A model generated the notes under the pieces. That model did not search any database, was not told the origin of the DNA, and worked only from the letters and a program-made list of their open reading frames with translations. A program made the translations under genes and the position numbers. Positions 19,181 to 27,300 of a stretch of 29,223 bases of DNA are shown one piece after another. Numbering within the stretch: the stretch's first letter is position 1; every line of letters starts with the position of its first letter. Source of the stretch: a virus (taxonomy: Duplodnaviria > Caudoviricetes); the IMG/VR virus record IMGVR_UViG_3300017756_000069, positions 1 through 29,223 of that record. One strand, written 5' to 3'.

Positions 19181-19822
19181 ATGAATAACAATATGAAACC
19201 ATCACCGCTAAAAGTGCCAATAGGAGCCATAATGCAAGGCGTTCAAGGTCTAGCTGGTATAGCTGGAGGCATTATAGGTAGCCGATCAAGAAAACAAGAG
19301 CAACGTAATGCACAAGCAGAATATGAAAGAAGAAAAGCGGATTATCAAAGTTTAGACACATCTAATCCATACCTAAACCAAGAGAACGTTTATGAAGATT
19401 TAACAGTAAACACTCAAGCGGCTGATTTCGCAGCGCAACAACAACAACAAGCTGCTGCTAACACTATGGATACGATGGCTAGCGCTGCTGGTGGATCTGG
19501 TATAGCTGCGTTAGCTCAAGCTATGGCTGGTCAACAAGCTCAAAATTTACAAGGTGCATCAGCTAGTATAGCTCAACAAGAGTCTGCTAACGAGATGGCT
19601 CAAGCTAACATGGCTGGACAGTTACAATCGCAAGAAAGACAAGGTGAGGTTTACTCTAGAAACTTACAAAAGGATAAAGTTGAAACATTGATGGGTATGT
19701 CGCAGCAAAGACTAGCGGCTGCAAATCAAGCTAGACAACAAGCTACGCAATCAATAATGGGTGGTGTAGGTAATTTAGTTGGAGGAGCTGCTCAAGGCTT
19801 CGACGCAATGAAAAGAGATTGA
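19181..19822 (+). CDS. Putative ejection/pilot (internal virion) protein, 213 aa (start may be 19193)
   Basis: Gly-zipper-like hydrophobic segments at both ends (GVQGLAGIAGGIIG; IMGGVGNLVGGAAQG), Q/A-rich helical middle; first of three genes after the tail, as in T7 gp14-16 and P22 gp7/20/16. Confidence 0.7.
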   Translation: MNNNMKPSPLKVPIGAIMQGVQGLAGIAGGIIGSRSRKQEQRNAQAEYERRKADYQSLDTSNPYLNQENVYEDLTVNTQAADFAAQQQQQAAANTMDTMASAAGGSGIAALAQAMAGQQAQNLQGASASIAQQESANEMAQANMAGQLQSQERQGEVYSRNLQKDKVETLMGMSQQRLAAANQARQQATQSIMGGVGNLVGGAAQGFDAMKRD

Positions 19823-19824
19823 TA

Positions 19825-21357
19825 ATGGCAAAACAAAATGAATTAATAGCACAGCAAGGTCTTATCTACAATAGTAGATACTATGACCCTTCTTTGTCCC
19901 TAGCACAACCTTTTGCTAGAGCTGAAAGAGTTATAGATTACAATAACAGACGTAGAAGGGCTAATAAAGCTGCAGCTGAAGCTAAAGTTTCTCAATACGT
20001 AGAAAATCTAGCAGGTGATTTGCCAAACATAAGTAAGATATCTCCAAAGTACAGAAACAAAATAAACGAGTTTTTAGTAAGTAAAAGAAGAGAGTATACT
20101 AACGCAAGTAAAGTTATAGGTAGATTTGCACCAGGCACAACTGCATATATGGAAGCTGTGTCTAAAATGAACTCCATAAGTGACTCATTTAAAAACCTTA
20201 GTAATCAGTTTGATTTATTTAAAAAACTAAAAACAGAAGAGCTACCTGACTTTCAAAATAGATTATTGTCTGAAGCTAATAATCCAAACAATATAAGTTT
20301 AATGTCTAGTATACTTACGGATGAGCTTGACGTTGAGGTTGGTGAAGGTGGTAGTTTAAGTTTCGTTCAACAGGTTCAAGATGAACTAGGTAACATAAGT
20401 TTATCTCAAACTAGTTTAAACGATTTACCTAAGTATTTTAATAAAGACTTTGATACAGCCACAAAGATTATAGAAATGAATAAAACTTTGTATAATGGCA
20501 GTAAAAAAATGACGCCAGCTATGGCTAAGTTTGTTGAAATGCAACTTAGAAACCATATGATGCAAGGTGGTAGAGAAACAGTTTTGTCTTTAGCTGTTGA
20601 TGATTTTATCATACCAGATGGTTTAGGTTTAGATGACGATCTTCTTTTTAACGAAGAAAGACACGACGAACTTGTTGATGTTGTGGTAGATCAATACTTG
20701 AACATGTTAAAACAATCTGCTGATACTGGATACGAGTCAAGAAGAGCTGCTGATATTCAGACTATAAAAGACAGAAAAGCTGCAAGTGGAACTAGCAGTA
20801 CTAGTACTAGCAACGAAGAGACAGACTTGTTTACACCTGGCCAAAGACAAGATATTATGTTAAACCAACAGTTTGCTCAAAACATAAAAAATAGAGCTAA
20901 AGATATGTTTGATAGAATAAACGATCCTAGCATGCTAGCAAATTTTGATGGTAGATTTAATGAATTATCAGATTTATACATAAAAACTATAGGCATGAAT
21001 AGCCCAGACATGGCTAACAGATATATAGATAGAAATAGACACTACGAAATGTGGAAACAACAACACAAGGATGTTCCAGATTTTGACGTGCAAGGTGAGT
21101 ATAACAAAAGATTTGGTGCTGGTGATAGAATATTTGTAAACCTAACAGGCCAAGGTAGAGATTTAGGTAATGTATTTCAATATCAAGCCGTAGACCCTTT
21201 TGTTAACGCTGCCGATTTTGATCAATTCTACAGAGATTTACTTATAACATCTGGCATGGATCCAAAAACAGCTAACTACTTTGTTTATGGAATAGAAGGC
21301 ATGACAGGCGGTGAAGACGCTGCTGATGATGAAGGTGTATTAAACGTATCAAATTAA
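19825..21357 (+). CDS. Putative internal virion/ejection protein, ~510 aa
   Basis: Helical protein between the pilot-like and giant genes; ATG 19825 preferred over TTG 19819; S/T linker at ~20785-20815 splits two parts. Confidence 0.65.
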   Translation: MAKQNELIAQQGLIYNSRYYDPSLSLAQPFARAERVIDYNNRRRRANKAAAEAKVSQYVENLAGDLPNISKISPKYRNKINEFLVSKRREYTNASKVIGRFAPGTTAYMEAVSKMNSISDSFKNLSNQFDLFKKLKTEELPDFQNRLLSEANNPNNISLMSSILTDELDVEVGEGGSLSFVQQVQDELGNISLSQTSLNDLPKYFNKDFDTATKIIEMNKTLYNGSKKMTPAMAKFVEMQLRNHMMQGGRETVLSLAVDDFIIPDGLGLDDDLLFNEERHDELVDVVVDQYLNMLKQSADTGYESRRAADIQTIKDRKAASGTSSTSTSNEETDLFTPGQRQDIMLNQQFAQNIKNRAKDMFDRINDPSMLANFDGRFNELSDLYIKTIGMNSPDMANRYIDRNRHYEMWKQQHKDVPDFDVQGEYNKRFGAGDRIFVNLTGQGRDLGNVFQYQAVDPFVNAADFDQFYRDLLITSGMDPKTANYFVYGIEGMTGGEDAADDEGVLNVSN

Positions 21358-21368
21358 AATAAAATAAC

Positions 21369-24300
21369 ATGCTAGAAAAACTATACAATGTTTTGTATGA
21401 TAAAAAATTATTCACACAAGACTTTGATAAATTTAAACAAGCTTGGAGTAACGAAGAATATAAGAAAAAAGTATACGACGTTGTAAACTCTAAGAAACTT
21501 TTCACGCAAGATTATGATGTTTTTGTAAACGCATATAGCGAGGGAAAGCAACAGGGCGATGTTGCAACGGATGCAGCTGCAGAGCCCGCAGAAGATTTGG
21601 CATCCACATCGGCAATTACTTCATCGGACTTATCTTTACCAATACCTCAAAGTGAAGGGCCTGCTGATCCTGAAGCATACACTACAGATTTAGGATTAAC
21701 TTACGGCGATCAAAGAACATCTCAAGAACAAATAGACGACTTTATGAATAATATGTACCAAGCTTTGTCAGCTACAGGTACATATGAATTTTTAAAAGAA
21801 AAAGATTTAGAAGAAAGATACTACTACGCTGGTAAACTTATATCAAACCCTACAGGTTCACCTAAAGACATTAAATTATCTTATTACAATTACTTCAAAG
21901 ACATAAAGATAAAAGGTGTAAAAGATCCTAAAGCTATACTAGAACCTTTGTTTTTAGATAAAGATCAAATAAAAGAAGATTATTTTAAAATTAAAAACCT
22001 TAAAAACGATTTAAATATAAAAGACTTTTATGATCAAGGCGGAACAGAAGATGTGTTAATTAAAAACGCTGATGATGCTGTAGATGAATTGATTCACGAA
22101 AGTGATTACATGAACAAAGAGTTTTTACCTTACTTTTTTAAAAAATACGAAGAAGATTTTTACAATAAACAAATAGAAACAATAGAGTCAATGGAAGTAG
22201 ATTTTATCGGTCAAGATGAACTAGATAAAATCGAAGCTGAAATGGAGAACTATCAACTAGAGATGCTAAAACAAGAGCTAGCTTCAGATGTTGGTTATAA
22301 AGATTTAGTTAGTAAAGTAACGAGTGTTGTTTCAAATGATTTAGGTATAGATATAAAAGCTTTAAATAAAACTAAAGTAATACCTAATTGGGCTGAAGGC
22401 TCTGATTTTTTAGAAGGTATATACAGGTTTACTAAGCAATGGGCTAGCGGTGAAGCCGGTGAGAAAATGGCTAATATATCTAAAGAAAATAAAGGTATAG
22501 ATAACTTTTTAAAAGCTTACCAAAGCGGAGAATACACGGAGCAAGAATTAGCTGAGATAGCTAAAGAAAATTTAACAGATGCAGACTTAACGCTTTTATA
22601 TCCATCTAAGTCTGTAGCACTTAGTAGAGCTCAGTGGATTGGCGCTGATAATTACGAAGAACTGATAGATAAGGCTAGGGCAGGTATAAAAGATCCTGTC
22701 TCTTACTTGAAGAAAAAGAAAAAATTTCTAAATAAGCAGTTTATTAATAGCATGCAAGACAGCGAAGAGCTTTCTAAAGTGTTATCCATAATGGACAATA
22801 CTGAGTTTTTTGATGAAGATGGTGTTACTATTGATGATTTTCAAAGAATGGCAGGTGAACAGCTACCTCAAATGGCTCAAGCTATTCTAACTTTAGGTTA
22901 CGGTACTTATATACAGGAAGCTGGTGGTATATACGTAGAGTCAATGTATAAAATAGCGGAGGCTAAATATGGACCATTAGCTTTAGGTATGGCTAGTAAA
23001 GAACAAAAAGAACAAATGTTCTTAGAGATAATGGAAGCTGGAGAAGATAATCCAGATGCAGCTATTGAAGGTGGTGTTATAAACGCTGGTTTAGATTTTG
23101 GTTCATCAATTTTTGTAGTAACAAAGGCTGGTAAATTTATACCTAAACAAGCCTGGAGATCTTTGCTTAGAGGTGAGTTTAAAAAAGCCTTAAAAAAAGC
23201 TGGAGGTAAAGACTTGCTAGAAGATGCTTTAAAAATATCTATAGCAGAAAGTATTACAGAGGGTTCTCAAGAGACAGTTTCTATGCTTAAAGTAGGTAAA
23301 AGCACAGGTTACTACAATTTTGATCCAAAAAGAATAAAAGAAGGTGCAGCTCAAGGTTTTGCTAGTTCATTACTGTTTTTTGGTTTAGGTAAGAGTAGAT
23401 CTGCTTATAATTATTTAACAGATGGCATTGGTTTACAATACTCTAGATTTAAAAATAAAGATCACATATTAAATTTAATTAAACTAGAAAAACAAAAAAT
23501 AAAACAAGATCTTAAAAATGGCAATATAACAAAACAAGAAGCCATTGATAAAGTTAAGAAAGCCAACGCTAAAAGAGATGTTATAGTTGATAACGATGTT
23601 TACAATGTTTCTGAAAATAACAGACAACAAGCATTTGACGCTACAGAAGCTGTTGTTGATGAACAAGTTAAACTTGACACAGCGCTAGACAACCTAAAGC
23701 AAGCAAAAAACAACCCTTCTGCTACAGATCAAGATATTGAGTTTAGAGAGGCAGAGGTTAATAATCAAAAAGAAAGACTTGCAGATGCTAAATTTGAACT
23801 TAATAAAGCAAAGCAGAAAGACAATGCTAGTAAAGATATAAGCAGAGCTTCTAATAGAATTAATCAAACAAAAGAAGGTGAATTAGCTGATAAACAACTT
23901 ATTACATTTAGAACTAGAAAAGAAGCAGCTGCATTTGTAAAAAGATACAAAATAAAAGTAGACGCAAATATTGAAGGGTTACTAAATGGTGGGGCCTCAG
24001 GAGCAGCTTTAGCGCCTGGACAGACTATAAGATACAAAGGTGAAGATATAGTGCCAGCTTTTGTTGTGAAACAAACAATAAATGAGCAAATCGATAATTC
24101 TACTAGACAAAACGATTTTAGTTTACGATCTGCTTTTGCGGCTAGTCACGAGGTTAATCACTTTATATTAGATACCGTTGACCCAAAAGTGTTAGATGGT
24201 GTTGTATCTAAGTTAAAAAACGACATGCGTAATTCTGGAGACATCGAAACTAATGCGGTTTTAGAGATTGTTGAAACCATGATGGTGGAATATGTAAAAA

Positions 24301-27300
24301 AAGATCCAAAAATATCTAGAGACTATTTAAACCAAGAGTTTTTAGCTGGTTTAGGTGATGTGCTACAAACTTTTAAAGCTTTAAAACCTAAATCTCCATT
24401 TCAAAGAATGTTTATAGACTTTGGTGAATCTATTTCAAAAATTATAAACGCTAACACAGGATTAAATGTAAACTACAACGATGCTAATTCTGTGCTAGGC
24501 TTTCTTAAAAATTATAACAAATTTTTAGGTAAAAATGCACCTATAGTAATAAAAAGTGGTACTGATATTGATGGCGAGAAAAAGTCTAGAGCTCAAATAA
24601 GCTTAGAGCAGCAGAAGAAGCTTTTAGTAGATGAGAATAAGATTTTAGCACCTATGATGCGTACTAACGCTTCTGCCGCTAAAAAAATACAGGAAAACGT
24701 AGATAAGATAAAAGCTATAAGTGCTCAAATAATAGAAGAAAAAGAGCTAGCAGAAAACTTAAAGTTTGCTCCTGGTTTATCTAAAAAAGCAAAAGATATT
24801 ACAAGAAAAAATGAGCTCAATTGGAGTGAGCTTATGGATCCAGCTACTAAAGAATCTGACAAAACAGCTTTAAAAAATAAAATATACGAAGACAATCAAG
24901 GTACTATTATAAACATTATAAGAAAAACATTTAATCCAAATATAGAAAGCAATCTAACAGCTGAAGATTACGCACAAGCAATGCAGCTTGAAGCCTTGAA
25001 GATGATCGATTCTTACGAAAAGACATATAACAAAAAGAAAGCAGAAGGTACATTAGCACCGTGGAACTTTTATTTAAAAGATAACTTACCTAAGAGACAA
25101 GGAGCTATACTTAAAAAACTTATAGGTGATAAGTCTATGATGTTTATGGGTGATGCTACAGCTAGTATAGGTAGCGCTCAACTTGGTTATACACCTGATT
25201 ATGGTAATTTTAGTAATGAAGAATACATCGAACAACAAGGTGTAATAGTAGATGAAGTTTTAGCTTTCACACCAGAAATTAAAGCAGAAATAAGAGAGGC
25301 TGCTAAAAAAGTTTTATCAACTTTTAAAGGTGATTCAGGTGTTAATCTTAAAAAACAACTTGGCGATGCTCTTGAAGTAATGCTAAAGCCTTATATTCAA
25401 ACAAATGTATTGGGTAGTAAGGTAAAGAAAAACTACAAAGGGCAAACGTATAGAGAGTTTATGCAGCAAAACTGGGAAGATATATATTCTATAATAGGTT
25501 TTGACGTTATAAATACCAGACTTACATCTAGAACTAAACAAGAGAAAGCGGCTGGCATACCAAATCCTTTTATATTTAAAATAACTAAAGACGGTAAGCA
25601 AGTTAGAGATAGTAGATTAGAAGACCTAACTGGTAAAGGTAGAGGTAAAGCTAAAAAGAGAATAGTTAATCAAGAAGAGTTTATAAAATTCTTTTTTGGT
25701 GAATTAGTAAATCCTTCTACACAAGGTACTAGAAAAGATACTTTAGCAGAAATAATAGCTAGAGAAGCTGGCTTAGATCAAATAAGCTGGATGCTAGAAA
25801 ACGATACTGAGTTTTTAGATTTATTTAAACAAAAACAAGACTTGTTAGGTACTCTTATAGATAATGATTACATCGAGAGTATACAAAGACAAATTGACAG
25901 GTTTGATGGTTCAAGAAGACCAGGGTCAAGAGCACAGTTAGTCATAGACAGCGCTAACTACAACGGTTTAAGCTCTAGCGCTGCTATGAACGTATTAGAA
26001 GACATTAAAAACAACGAGATAATAGATTACAAGTCTCAACCATTAAATCGATTTAGAAATGATGTTTTAGACATGATAAGAGTTGGTAATGCTTACGCTG
26101 CTATAGATTTATACCATACCCCAACAGACGAAGACATTAAGGTTGATGGTAAGTATAAACTTAACAATGAAGGCTTACAACTATCAAATGTTAAATCGGA
26201 TGGTGATGTTAGTGTAAGAGTTAAAATTAGCTCAGCTGGAAACTTATTTGTGCCTAAAGAGTTTTCTTGGAATGGTGGATTTAGCATAATGAGATCTTTA
26301 GATATAGAGTTAAAAGGTTATGATGTTGCTATGTCTAGAATACCAGACGAAGATGGTAGTTATTTTGCTAAATGGTTAGTTGATAATAACATACTAACAA
26401 AAAAGCAAGTAGAAAAAGATGCTAGCGCTAGTGGTATAAGAGAAACTTTAGTGTCTGAAGGTTATACTTCAATAACATATCCTAAAGCTGATGGTAGCTT
26501 TGGCTATATAATACTAAACAACGAAGCTTTTGACTTGTCTTTTGATAATAAAATAAACAATCAAATAAAAAGCTTAATGAGTGATTCAGGCTCAAGAGCT
26601 CAGTTGGTTGGTATGAAGGGAAAAATGAGTGAGATCATTGAGCAGAAATCAAAAGGTAAAATAAAAGCCAATGAAGTATTATCTAACGCTGCTGCAAGAA
26701 ACATGCGTAGAAAAGCTGGACTTAACTTTAGCAATCTATATGTTCCTTATCAACTAGAAGACTTTGTAGGTTTAACATATGCTTTCACGCCAGAAGGTAA
26801 AAAAGGTGAAGCCGCTCAAGAGTTTATAAAAGAAAGAGTGATGAATCCTTATTTTGAAGCTAAAGAGCAGTATAGAGTTTTTCAGCAAAACTTAAACGCT
26901 AACTTTAATAGATTACTTAGTGATGTTGGTATTACAGCTAAAACACTTAAAGAAACAGTAGACATACTAGGTAAACCGTTTACTAAAGATCAAATAGTTA
27001 GAGCTTATTTGTTTTCTACACAAGGAGCTGATATAGATCCTTCTATATTAAGCCCAAAAGAAATACAAGCTTCATTAGACTATATAAAGTCAGATGAAAA
27101 GCTTTTGATGCTTGCAGCAATGCTACCAACAATACTAGATAACAAAGGCGGTTGGGTACGGTATAGAGGTGAAATGCACGAAACTTTATCTATTGATATA
27201 GTTAAGTTTGCAGAAGGTAAAAGAAAAATATTTTTTGAAAGATTTAAAGACAATATAGATATAATATTTGATCCTCAAATAAAAGAAAAGTTAAGAGGTT

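Noticed and set aside
19420-19460. CAA run (poly-Gln) as a phase-variable repeat
   Set aside because: Short in-frame trinucleotide run explained by the Q/A-rich protein
24561-24578. TDIDGE as an RNA polymerase DxDGD motif
   Set aside because: Third Asp missing; sits in a linker just before an SRAQ motif with no barrel context
25720-25800. TRKDTLAEIIAREAGLDQI as sigma region 4 HTH
   Set aside because: Only vaguely HTH-like, lacks the S/T-RERVRQ-type recognition helix and is far from the region 2-like segment
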